Source of the DNA: an uncultured Phycisphaerales bacterium
Lineage (GTDB): Bacteria > Planctomycetota > Phycisphaerae > Tepidisphaerales > Tepidisphaeraceae
Assembly: GCA_963758525.1 (NCBI GenBank)
Contig: CAVWVQ010000003.1
Span: forward strand, 4,544,001-4,608,000
Direction of reading: 5' to 3'
DNA length: 64,000 bases
Shown piece after piece: positions 10,501 through 19,112 of this stretch. Within the stretch, counting starts at the first letter, position 1; the number at the start of each line of letters is the position of its first letter. Under the pieces are notes generated by a model, which worked only from the letters and a program-made list of their open reading frames with translations, had not been told where the DNA came from and did no database searches. The translations under genes were made by a program, and so were the position numbers.

Positions 10501-11466
10501 TTACGTGCGCGGCAATCGCATGATCGCTTCTCCGGCCTTGATCGGTCGCCCTTCGCGTACATTCTCCGTCAGGTTGAATCCATCCGGCGTGAAAAGGATG
10601 ATGGTCGAGCCGTGCTCAAACCAGCCCATCTCTTGTCCTTTGACCAACCTGCCGTTGCAGGGAATGTGGTGCGTCCCGCGGCGCGTTGCGGAGCCGCGCC
10701 GTTCGCCGAGAGCTGTTTGACGCTTGCCATCGGCTTTGGCGAGGGTCCGTAAGTGCCGCACGGTGTCGCACAGGTGCAACCGGATGCTGGCGACGAGTAT
10801 CGCCGCCACGGGCACCAGCAATATCGGCTGGCGCGATGGTTCCAGGCTGCAGTGGATCACGGCCCGTTCGTTCTTGCAAAACAACTTTTCCACGCGCTTA
10901 AGTGCGATGGGGTTGACGTTCCAGGTGTCGCCGGACATGTAGGTGACCTTGTCCACGGACAGATCGGCCGGCGCATGGAAGCGGTGATACATGCTCGATG
11001 TCAGCCGCATGGTGATGAAGCGGCCGTGCCGAAACTCGTCGGTGTTCGCCGCGTCGCCGCACAGATCCGCCAGTGTGTAGGGAAAACCTTTGATCTGATA
11101 AACCCGGTCGCCTTCGATGCGGCCGCATGCCCCGACGATCGCATCACACGGCGAGACGAGAATGTCGGGTCGGGGGTCGGAGGGTCGCGCTCCAGGCTTG
11201 AGCGCTCGCGTAAAGCACTCGTGCAGCGAGCGAAAGTTCAGGGTTGCCGCATCCGACAGATCGAGGTCGGTGAACATTTTCCAGGCGGCGATCGAAGTCC
11301 GGCACACGAATGGATTCTCGATTCTGCTGATGCGGCCGACCAATTGAGTCGTCAACCGTCGCGGCAGCCGATTGGTCAGCAGGAAATTGATATCTTCCCG
11401 GGCGACCAGCGTCACCACGCGGGAGCGCACCCATGCTTTGGATTGGGAGAAGAATTTGCGTGTCAC
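10501..11466 (-). CDS. psd: Phosphatidylserine decarboxylase proenzyme
   Basis: SLHECFTRALKPGARP, VSPCDA, QIKGFPYTL, MYHRFHAP, LFCKNER, EMGWFEHGSTII (pyruvoyl GST site). Confidence 0.92.
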   Translation of the reverse strand: MTRKFFSQSKAWVRSRVVTLVAREDINFLLTNRLPRRLTTQLVGRISRIENPFVCRTSIAAWKMFTDLDLSDAATLNFRSLHECFTRALKPGARPSDPRPDILVSPCDAIVGACGRIEGDRVYQIKGFPYTLADLCGDAANTDEFRHGRFITMRLTSSMYHRFHAPADLSVDKVTYMSGDTWNVNPIALKRVEKLFCKNERAVIHCSLEPSRQPILLVPVAAILVASIRLHLCDTVRHLRTLAKADGKRQTALGERRGSATRRGTHHIPCNGRLVKGQEMGWFEHGSTIILFTPDGFNLTENVREGRPIKAGEAIMRLPRT

Positions 11467-11586
11467 TCAATGCTCTCGCGCGATCGCACGTTGCCAGAGG
11501 TCACTTTCAGCCGCTGCCCGCCCGGCAGCCAGGTTGCCACACATGGGCGTACTCGCTCGCGTTTTATCCGGGCATAAGTCAAGAAC

Positions 11587-13245
11587 ATGATCAACCAATA
11601 TTTCACCGTATGGATCTGTGCCGCCGTGCTTGTGACGCTGGGACTGATGCGCGGGTGGCGTCGACTTCAACTCTCTGGCGCGAAGCATCCTGGACTTGTC
11701 GGGCATCCCCGCATGGGACGGCGACTCGCCCGCGCGCTGCCATTTTACGACTTCGATACCGACCGCTTCTTCCGGGTCGATGATCCTCCGGCCCAGATTG
11801 CCCAGCGCCGGCAAGCCGGGTTCGAGTGTCTCGCGACGCTATACCAAACTCGTTTTACCAAGACGGCCGCGCTGACGAAAGAAGTCCGTACGGGACTCTC
11901 AGACCTGCAGTTCACAGCTGCTTACCGCGTGCCTTTTCAATTCAGCCGTGTCGTTCGCGAACGTCTCCCGGTCGGCGCGTTTGCGGAATCGACCTCCGGC
12001 GTGACCGTGACCGATCTGGATGGGAATGTCTTCTATGACGTGAGCGGGTCCTATGGCGTCAACCTTTTCGGGCAGGATTTTTACAAGAGCTGCATTAATG
12101 AAGGCGTCAGGACGGCGGGCCAACTCGGCCCCGTGCTCGGACTTTACCACCCCGTCGTCGCCGACAACGTCGCCAGATTGCGAACGATTTCGGGATTGGA
12201 CGAAATAAGCTTTCACATGTCGGGGACGGAAGCGGTGATGCAGGCGGTGCAACTGGCCCGTTACCATACCGGCCGATCGCACGTGGTCCGATTCGCAGGC
12301 GCCTATCACGGCTGGTGGGGGGACGTGCAGCCGGGGATCGGCAACCCCGTCCCGGCCGACCGCACCTACACCCTTGCCGACATGTCGGACAGAAGTTTGC
12401 GGATCATCGCCAATCGTCGCGACATCGCATGCGTCCTGGTGAATCCGCTCCAGGCGCTGCACCCCAACTCCGCCGCTGTCTCCGATGGCTCTCTGGTGGA
12501 TAGCGGCCGCCGGGCGGCGTTTGACCGTGGCGCTTACACCGTCTGGCTCCAACGACTGGCCGGCGCATGCCGTGAAGCCGGTGTGCCCCTCATCATGGAT
12601 GAAGTGTTCCTCGGCTTTCGCCTGGCGGCCGGTGGCGCCAGTGCGTACTTCGGCGTCTATCCGGACCTGGTGACCTATGGAAAGTCGCTGGGAGGCGGCC
12701 TGCCGGTCGGCGTGCTGTGCGGGCGCGCCGAACTGATGAAGCGCTTCCGTACCGACCGGCCCGCCGATGTGTGTTTCGCCAGGGGCACGTTCAACGCCCA
12801 TCCATATGTGATGGGCGCGATGAACGCTTTTTTGCGGGCGATCGACACGCCGGACATCCGCGCGCTCTACAGCGACCTTGATGCGAAGTGGAACGCTCGC
12901 GCCGCCGCCCTCAACGACCGGCTCGCCGCCGAACGCTTGCCGCCGCGCGTCGCGAACCTCTCCACCATCTGGACGGTCCTCTATGAACTGCCGTCCCGTT
13001 ATAACTGGATGTTCCAGTACTACCTGCGGGCAGAAGGATTGGCGCTGAGTTGGGTCGGCACCGGCAGGATGATTTTCAGCCTCAATTACTCCGACGCAGA
13101 GTTCCAGGCCGTCGCCGATCGTTTCGTCTCCGCCGCCAGGAAGATGCAGGCCGATGGGTGGTGGTGGGCGCCCAACGGACAAACCAACAAGGGAATCCGG
13201 CGGAAAATTCTATTGGAGACGTTGCGGAAGCGATTCGGCAGCTAA
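11587..13245 (+). CDS. Class III PLP aminotransferase (GSA-aminomutase-like) with N-terminal membrane anchor
   Basis: DLDGNVFYD, FHMSGTEAVMQA, GAYHGW, LIMDEVFLGFR, DLVTYGKSLGGGLPVG, GTFNAHP; N-terminal TM helix plus a long extension. Confidence 0.88.
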   Translation: MINQYFTVWICAAVLVTLGLMRGWRRLQLSGAKHPGLVGHPRMGRRLARALPFYDFDTDRFFRVDDPPAQIAQRRQAGFECLATLYQTRFTKTAALTKEVRTGLSDLQFTAAYRVPFQFSRVVRERLPVGAFAESTSGVTVTDLDGNVFYDVSGSYGVNLFGQDFYKSCINEGVRTAGQLGPVLGLYHPVVADNVARLRTISGLDEISFHMSGTEAVMQAVQLARYHTGRSHVVRFAGAYHGWWGDVQPGIGNPVPADRTYTLADMSDRSLRIIANRRDIACVLVNPLQALHPNSAAVSDGSLVDSGRRAAFDRGAYTVWLQRLAGACREAGVPLIMDEVFLGFRLAAGGASAYFGVYPDLVTYGKSLGGGLPVGVLCGRAELMKRFRTDRPADVCFARGTFNAHPYVMGAMNAFLRAIDTPDIRALYSDLDAKWNARAAALNDRLAAERLPPRVANLSTIWTVLYELPSRYNWMFQYYLRAEGLALSWVGTGRMIFSLNYSDAEFQAVADRFVSAARKMQADGWWWAPNGQTNKGIRRKILLETLRKRFGS

Positions 13246-14283
13246 ATGCAGTTCCCTGTCGTGATGAACCGTCCCGCGAGGCAAACGACGAATCGGTGCC
13301 ATTGATTCGATGACAGTTTTTGCGCATTTTTCCCACGTGCAGGTCCGCGCGTATTCGAGGCAAGCCTGGCTGTCGAGGTTTAGTGCCGCAAGGCACGCGG
13401 CCTGCAGATCGTTGTCGAGAACACCGGTTACATTCTGTTGTACGACATCAATCGGGCCGGTCACCGGATACGCCGCCACGGGAACGCCGCAGGCGTTGGC
13501 TTCGAGCATGGTGATGCCGAAGGTATCGGTGCGGCTGGGGAACACAAACACGTCGGCGGCGGAATAGAGGCGTGCCAGGTCCTGGCCGTACTGATATCCC
13601 GTCCAATGGACCTGCGGGTACTGGCGCTGCAATGCGGCTCGTGCCAGACCGTCCCCGACCACGACTTTGCTGCCGGGCAGCTTTATAGCCAAAAATGCCT
13701 CGATGTTTTTTTCCGGCGCGATACGACTGGCGGTAAGGAAGATCGGTCGCGGCAAAGACAATCCGGTCTTACCGTGCGGCTTGAACACCTGCATATCAGC
13801 CCCGCGACTCCAGATGACGGTGTTGTCAAAGCCATGTGACTGTAGTTCCGTTGCCACCGAGCGTGTGGGGACCAGGGTTCGGGTGGCGGCTCGATGGAAC
13901 CACTTCAAAAGCTTCCAAGTCAGCGCCGCGGGAACGCCATAATAAATGCTGAGGTAGCGGGGGTACTGCGTATGGTAGGAGGTGGTAAAGGGCAGCCTGC
14001 GTTTGGAGCAATAAGCGCGACACGCAAGTCCCAGCGGTCCTTCCGTAGCGACGTGGATTGCCTTCGGTTGGAAAGCATCCAACAGCGATGCCACTTTCGC
14101 CCGAGGGAGCACGGCGAGACGAATTTCCGGGTATTTGGGGGCGGCGACGGTACAAAACAGCCCGGGGTGGATGACCAGAACATCGTAACCCAGCCGCTCC
14201 AGTTGACGAACGACCTCGGTCCAAGTCCGCACCACGCCGTTCACCTGGGGCATCCATGCATCGGTGACAAGAGCGAACTTCAT
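13210..14283 (-). CDS. GT4 glycosyltransferase (glycosyl-diacylglycerol synthase / Agt-like)
   Basis: MKFALVTDAWMPQVNGVVRT, IHVATEGPLG, TTSYHT, FVFPSRTDTFG, LEANACGVPVAA. Confidence 0.88.
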   Translation of the reverse strand: MKFALVTDAWMPQVNGVVRTWTEVVRQLERLGYDVLVIHPGLFCTVAAPKYPEIRLAVLPRAKVASLLDAFQPKAIHVATEGPLGLACRAYCSKRRLPFTTSYHTQYPRYLSIYYGVPAALTWKLLKWFHRAATRTLVPTRSVATELQSHGFDNTVIWSRGADMQVFKPHGKTGLSLPRPIFLTASRIAPEKNIEAFLAIKLPGSKVVVGDGLARAALQRQYPQVHWTGYQYGQDLARLYSAADVFVFPSRTDTFGITMLEANACGVPVAAYPVTGPIDVVQQNVTGVLDNDLQAACLAALNLDSQACLEYARTCTWEKCAKTVIESMAPIRRLPRGTVHHDRELHLAAESLPQRLQ

Positions 14284-14463
14284 CGACCTCCTGCAGCCAT
14301 CGCTAATTGTGGAAAGCAAAGCGTCCGCACGTGGGCGTACTCGCGCACGTGCATCTAGGTCGGTATCATTAAACGACAATTCAAAGGATTTTGATCAGGA
14401 TAGATGAAGGTTCCATAAAACGCGCGTTTTTTTTGAAACTGGAGAATAACGTAGTGCCGCCGC

Positions 14464-14609
14464 TCAACGCCCGGTCATTTGCTCCCAATTTCTCGGGATA
14501 CCGATTCCCCTGCACGGTGATTTCTGCGGCGGCGGCGTCGATGTCGCGCAGGTCGTCGGACGAGAGTTTCACCGATAAGGCTCCCAGGTTCTCGTCGAGG
14601 CGGTGCGGA
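14464..14609 (-). pseudogene. C-terminal remnant of an aldo/keto reductase
   Basis: HRLDENLGALSVKLSSDDLRDIDAAAAEITVQGNRYPEKL(EQMTGR*) is a typical AKR C-terminus; the rest of the gene is absent. Confidence 0.8.
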
Positions 14610-14723
14610 AGTCTTATCAAATTAAAACGCAATTATAGGATGCATCGGTCTCGCGACGGAGAGCGAAATTGATAGCATTCTCGCGACTCGCCGCGATCGC
14701 AGCCAAGAAAGCAGGGACATGAA

Positions 14724-16145
14724 TTGGAAGAAATATCTGTAGCCTCCGCTGGCGGGGTTTCGCCGGCAATCAAGCGGGCGACACTGTTGCCGCTGGTCGC
14801 GATTACTTATTGCATGGTCGCCGGCGGCCCATACGGCTTGGAAGATTTGATCAGTTCGGCGGGGTATCGCAATGCGGTGCTGCTGCTGTTGATCACGCCG
14901 CTGCTGTGGTCCTTTCCGGTGACGTTGATGGTCAGCGAACTGTCGACCGCGATGCCGGAAGACGGCGGCTACTACGTCTGGGTGCGGCGGGCGATGGGGC
15001 CGTTCTGGGGATTTCAGGAAGCGTGGCTTTCGCTTGCCGCCAGCGTTTTTGACATGGCGATCTACCCGACGCTGTTTATCAGCTATCTGGCCCGACTCTG
15101 GCCGGCGGCGGGTGGCGGAACTCTGTCGACATGGATCGGAATTGGTCTGATTGCCGTGTGTGTCGCAATCAACCTGGCGGGAATTCGACTGGTCGGCGCC
15201 GGTTCGCTTGCGATGACCCTGGCGCTGCTGCTGCCGTTCGCGGTGGTGGTCGTGCTGGCGTTGTGCTGTCATCCGCAGGCGGCGGCGGTATCGAACGCGA
15301 CCCCCGCGCCCCCCATGCAGATGAATTGGATCGGCGGCATCCTGGTGGTGATGTGGAATTACATGGGCTGGGACAACGCCTCGACGATCGCAGGGGAGGT
15401 GGATCGCCCCCAGCGAACCTACCCGCTGGCGATGCTGCTGTCGGTGCTTCTGGTGGCGGCGACGTATGTCATCCCCGTGGCGGCGGCCGCGCGGACCGGA
15501 ATCGCGCCGCAGAGTTGGGACACCGGGTCATGGGTGGACGTGGGAAGAACCGTCGGCGCCGGCATCGGCCCGCGGTTGGGCGAGGGTTTGGCGGTTGCGC
15601 TGACGGCGGGCGGGATGATCTCCGCGTTCTCGATGTTCAACGCGCTGATCCTCTCGTATTCGCGCGTGCCCATCGCGATGGCGGCGGACGGTTTTCTGCC
15701 GAAGGTGCTGGGCCTCCGAAGCCGTCGCACCGGCGTTCCCTGGGTGGCGATCCTCGTGTGTGCGGTCGGCTGGGGAATGTGCATGAAACTCGGGTTCGAG
15801 AAGCTGCTGCTGCTCGACACCTTGCTCTATGGGCTGAGCCTTATCCTCGAGTTTGCCGCGCTGATTGCTCTCCGCTTGCGCGAGCCGCGCTTGCCTCGTC
15901 CGTATAAAGTTCCAGGCGGTCTGCTGGGTTGTATCCTCATCAGCCTCGGCCCGATTCCAATCATGTGCGTCGCGTTCTACCAATCCCTCTCCGACGAGGG
16001 GGCACACAAGGGACTGATCGTCTCGGCTGTCACCGTGGTCGCGGGCGTCGTCCTCTATTTCGTCGCGGTCTGGATTAACCCGCGATTGCGAAAGCGGCCT
16101 GAATCACTGGTGCTGACCGAAGCATCAATTTCCGGCACATCGTGA
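14724..16145 (+). CDS. APC family amino acid/polyamine permease
   Basis: AGGPYGLED, ELSTAMPEDGGYYVWV, WNYMGWDNAST, LPRPYKVPGG; about 12 TM helices. Confidence 0.92.
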   Translation: MEEISVASAGGVSPAIKRATLLPLVAITYCMVAGGPYGLEDLISSAGYRNAVLLLLITPLLWSFPVTLMVSELSTAMPEDGGYYVWVRRAMGPFWGFQEAWLSLAASVFDMAIYPTLFISYLARLWPAAGGGTLSTWIGIGLIAVCVAINLAGIRLVGAGSLAMTLALLLPFAVVVVLALCCHPQAAAVSNATPAPPMQMNWIGGILVVMWNYMGWDNASTIAGEVDRPQRTYPLAMLLSVLLVAATYVIPVAAAARTGIAPQSWDTGSWVDVGRTVGAGIGPRLGEGLAVALTAGGMISAFSMFNALILSYSRVPIAMAADGFLPKVLGLRSRRTGVPWVAILVCAVGWGMCMKLGFEKLLLLDTLLYGLSLILEFAALIALRLREPRLPRPYKVPGGLLGCILISLGPIPIMCVAFYQSLSDEGAHKGLIVSAVTVVAGVVLYFVAVWINPRLRKRPESLVLTEASISGTS

Positions 16146-16148
16146 GCA

Positions 16149-16544
16149 TCACGGCAGGTATTGCTCGTCGGAAACCTTCTCCATCCACTCCACGACTTTG
16201 CCGTCGAGCTTCTCCGCGACGGCGATGTGGGTCATCGCCGTGGTTGGCGCGGCCCCGTGCCAGTGCTTCTCGTTTGGCGCAAACCAGACGATATCGCCCG
16301 GCCGGATCTCTTCGAGCGGGCCGCCTTCGCGCTGTGCGCGGCCGCACCCGGCCGTTACGATCAAGGTCTGCCCGAGCGGGTGCGTGTGCCACGCCGTGCG
16401 CGCGCCTGGCTCGAAGGTCACGATCGCGCCGCTGACCCGTGCCGCGTCGCTTCCCTGAAACGGCGAATCGATCCGAACCGCGCCAGTGAACCAATCTGCC
16501 GGCCCCTTTGCCGACGGCTGAGAGCCATTTCGTTTGATTTCCAT
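16149..16544 (-). CDS. Cupin domain protein
   Basis: [22 protein letters not shown]...[26 protein letters not shown]. Confidence 0.92.
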   Translation of the reverse strand: MEIKRNGSQPSAKGPADWFTGAVRIDSPFQGSDAARVSGAIVTFEPGARTAWHTHPLGQTLIVTAGCGRAQREGGPLEEIRPGDIVWFAPNEKHWHGAAPTTAMTHIAVAEKLDGKVVEWMEKVSDEQYLP

Positions 16545-16621
16545 TTGTTTTCTCCTTGAAGGTTCCGCGGATAATACGACGCGTGGACCGGCTCAATTGA
16601 GCCGGCACGCGCGGCAATCGC

Positions 16622-16711
16622 ATGCACAAGGTAACGATCTACACTGACGGCGCCTGCTCGCACAATACGGACGGTGAATTCGCCGCAGTTCTCATTGATC
16701 CGAAGAAAGCG
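16622..16711 (+). pseudogene. RNase HI N-terminal fragment (copy 1)
   Basis: MHKVTIYTDGACSHNTDGEFAAVLIDPKKA matches the RNase HI motif xVxIYTDGACSGNPG; similarity stops at 16711. Confidence 0.7.
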
Positions 16712-16728
16712 CGCACCCGTGAAGAGGT

Positions 16729-16825
16729 AACACGAATCTGCACGAATCGGGCACGACTCCTCACGAATAAACGCGGACGAATTCTGCTTCGTGAAGACTT
16801 GTGCGAATTCGTGCCGATTCGTGTT
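16729..16825. repeat. Imperfect palindrome built of CACGAAT / ATTCGTG units
   Basis: Four CACGA(AT) units about 10 bp apart on the left arm and four (AT)TCGTG-like units on the right arm. Confidence 0.8.
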
Positions 16826-16908
16826 CTGCATTTGTCGGTCACCTCGAACCGGGCGTGGTCTCGCTTGCTATTGCCCATGTTGATTATGTTGATTATATAA
16901 TTAACCGC

Positions 16909-17177
16909 ATGGCTCCACGTTCCGGTGGAATGAGTGGAACACGGACCACATCGCGGCGCACGGCGTGAGCCTGGAGGAAGCAGAGTTCGTGGTAAAGCAT
17001 CCGGCAAGCGGGTTCCCGCGGCGCCAGGGTGATGGCAAGTACCGGGTCTGGGGCCAGAGCGAAGACGGGCGTTATGTGCAGGTCATTTACATCTTCTCTC
17101 CGCCGGGAGTTACTTACGCGATCCACGCCCGTGAACTGGAAGATGATGAAAAGCGGCGGCTTCGCCGAAGGAGTTGA
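16909..17177 (+). CDS. BrnT-like (RelE-fold) toxin, copy 1; -1 frameshift at codon 3
   Basis: ATG GCT CC(C) ACG TTC gives MAPTFRWNEWNTDHIAAHGVSLEEAEFV...VWGQSEDGRYVQVIY...YAIHARELEDDEKRR. TATAAT sits 7 nt before the ATG. Confidence 0.8.
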
Positions 17178-17180
17178 ACC

Positions 17181-17498
17181 ATGGCCAAGCGCACAGCACA
17201 GAAACCGTACGATCAAATGAACGCACAGGAACTGACGACGGCGACAGCCGAGTATGATCGTCCTTGGAGAGGGCGCGGCTTGCCGGGCAAGCCGTTGACC
17301 GCGGCGGACCGCGCCAAGCATCGCCGGGCCGGGCTTGGCGGGCGACCCCGCATCGGCCAGGGCGCGAAGATCGTTCCCGTCAGCATCGAACGCGGCTTGC
17401 TCAAAAAAGTGGATGAATTCGCCAGGCGACACAAGCTGAAGCGGTCACAGATGGTGGTTGAGGGTCTTCGCCTGGTAATGCAGCGGCGGGCGGGCTGA
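17181..17498 (+). CDS. Antitoxin with C-terminal ribbon-helix-helix-like domain, copy 1
   Basis: Lies directly after the toxin; GGRPRIGQGAKIVPVSIERGLLKKVDEFARRHKLKRSQMV. Paralog at 27929-28282. Confidence 0.8.
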   Translation: MAKRTAQKPYDQMNAQELTTATAEYDRPWRGRGLPGKPLTAADRAKHRRAGLGGRPRIGQGAKIVPVSIERGLLKKVDEFARRHKLKRSQMVVEGLRLVMQRRAG

Positions 17499-17552
17499 AA
17501 CGCGGCATCTTTTTTTCGCCTACTGGCCTCCGTTAAACTTTTGTCGCCCTCT

Positions 17553-17660
17553 CTGCTCCACAATCCCGGCGGGGACGGCGCGTTCGCCGCAGTTTTCATT
17601 CATCCGAAGAAAGCGATGTGCATTTCGGGCTACATCCCGGCTCCAACGATCAACAACCAG
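17553..17660 (+). pseudogene. RNase HI internal fragment (copy 2)
   Basis: HNPGGDGAFAAVFIHPKKAMCISGYIPAPTINNQ resembles the GNPG...SG...TTNN segment; 17583-17615 matches 16679-16711 at 31/33 nt. Confidence 0.65.
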
Positions 17661-17872
17661 ACGGGTGTCGGTCTCTCGACATTCTGCATTGCACCGCGGC
17701 GAAGATGCTGGCCTCGCCGGAATTCTTCACAAGCGATGCCCGGCAAAGAAAGCTCGCTGCGGCGATGGGGCTAAACGCTGTCGTATTCTAACCGATAAAG
17801 TCGAAGTCATTGCCCGACTTCACAAAGGCAATGCCCGCGGGTGTGGCGCTCGAAAGTGGCGATCGGCTCCGA

Positions 17873-17940
17873 GTAGGGCGGGATTCATCCCGCCGATTTG
17901 TTGGCCGGCTGAGAAAACGGCGGGATGAATCCCGCCCTAC
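17873..17940. repeat. GTAG-family REP doublet (REPIN-like)
   Basis: GTAGGGCGGGATTCATCCCGCCG...CGGCGGGATGAATCCCGCCCTAC; second copy at 38342-38411. Confidence 0.9.
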
Positions 17941-18153
17941 GATCGCAAAATCTGCAATCGCCACAAATAAAAGTTACACCCATGCCCGCACCGGCCGGTG
18001 CATACCAGTCCTGTCGATTACGACTCCGTTTTGAATGCGCAGGCGCTCCAGAAAAGCTCCTGCGTTTTTTGGCACATCTCGCGGTAGGATGACCCAGCGT
18101 GTAACGCCGGCGCACCATCTCCGGCATGCCGAGAAAACATATGGAGGAAGCCC

Positions 18154-18864
18154 GTGCTCAAATCGCGAATCGCGCTGATCGCAGTAACCCTCGTCCCGCT
18201 CGCATCGTTGTCGCCTGCGGCCGATGAGAAGCCCAGTACCGCGCCGGTCATTGAGCCGTCGCAGAGAGCCCCGGAGATCACGCCAGCCGGCGACGATGAC
18301 GCGAAGCAGTTCTTCAACGGCAAGGATCTCACGGGATTCTGGGGGGAGTTGTCTCTCTGGCACGTCGAGAACGGTGAACTGGTTGGCAAGACTGAAAAGG
18401 GGATTCGCCGAAACGAATTTCTGAAGACGACCCATTCCTACGGCGACTTTCGGCTCATCGTGAAGATGAAGCTTGTGCCGGACGGCGCTAATAGCGGCAT
18501 TCAATTTCATTCGATCCAGTTTCATGGCAACGAGATGTCAGGCCCGCAGGCCGATGCTGGAGCGAGGTATTGGGGGAGCCTCTACGGCGAAAACTTTCAT
18601 AACAAAACGCTCTGCCCCAACCAGGCTGGTGAAGCGGTTTCGGTGAACAAGGACGACTGGAATCTCTACGAGATCGTCGCGGTCGGCACGAAAGTCCGCA
18701 CCGCCCTGAACGGGCGCCTTTGCGTGGACATCGATCTTCCCGACATGCCGGCAACCGGCATGTTCGGCCTGCAAATTCATGCCGGCGGTCCGACGGAAGT
18801 TCGTTTCAAGGACTTCGAGGTGGAGTTGAATCCGAAATTCGAGCTGAAGACGCTGAAGCAGTGA
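18154..18864 (+). CDS. DUF1080 (3-keto-disaccharide hydrolase family) secreted protein
   Basis: Signal peptide; FNGKDLTGF, WHVENGELVG, YGDFRL, ANSGIQF, GPQAD, WNLYEI, GLQIHAG, VRFKD. Confidence 0.92.
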   Translation: MLKSRIALIAVTLVPLASLSPAADEKPSTAPVIEPSQRAPEITPAGDDDAKQFFNGKDLTGFWGELSLWHVENGELVGKTEKGIRRNEFLKTTHSYGDFRLIVKMKLVPDGANSGIQFHSIQFHGNEMSGPQADAGARYWGSLYGENFHNKTLCPNQAGEAVSVNKDDWNLYEIVAVGTKVRTALNGRLCVDIDLPDMPATGMFGLQIHAGGPTEVRFKDFEVELNPKFELKTLKQ

Positions 18865-18900
18865 GGAGAGCCGTATTAGAGTCGTTTGCGCACAACGCTG

Positions 18901-18941
18901 CCCCCCGCCCCAACCCTCCCCCGGAGTACCAGGGGAGGGGG
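18901..18941. repeat. CCCTCCCC...GGGGAGGG hairpin repeat family
   Basis: CCCCGCCCCAACCCTCCCCCGGAGTACCAGGGGAGGGG; related copies at 24324-24365, 29455-29581, 38499-38600 and 41197-41240. Confidence 0.85.
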
Positions 18942-19003
18942 AAAGAAGCGAACTCCCGCCCGCGTACTGCTCCGAAAAGCGCTGGCGCGGAAGAAATTTT
19001 TGG

Positions 19004-19065
19004 AGGGTGGGTGTACTCGCCCACCATTTCGTCCGAGACAAGAGGTTGGCGGGTACACCAACCCT
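19004..19065. repeat. REP-like inverted doublet
   Basis: AGGGTGGGTGTACTCGCCCACC...GGTTGGCGGGTACACCAACCCT between convergent genes. Confidence 0.7.
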
Positions 19066-19112
19066 GCATGTTTACCCTCTCTGGGCGGACCCCACTGTCA
19101 TGAAAGCGCGGA

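Noticed and set aside
17495..17540. Integron attC site after the TA pair
   Set aside because: No convincing RYYYAAC...GTTRRRY pair with an internal palindrome, and no integron integrase.
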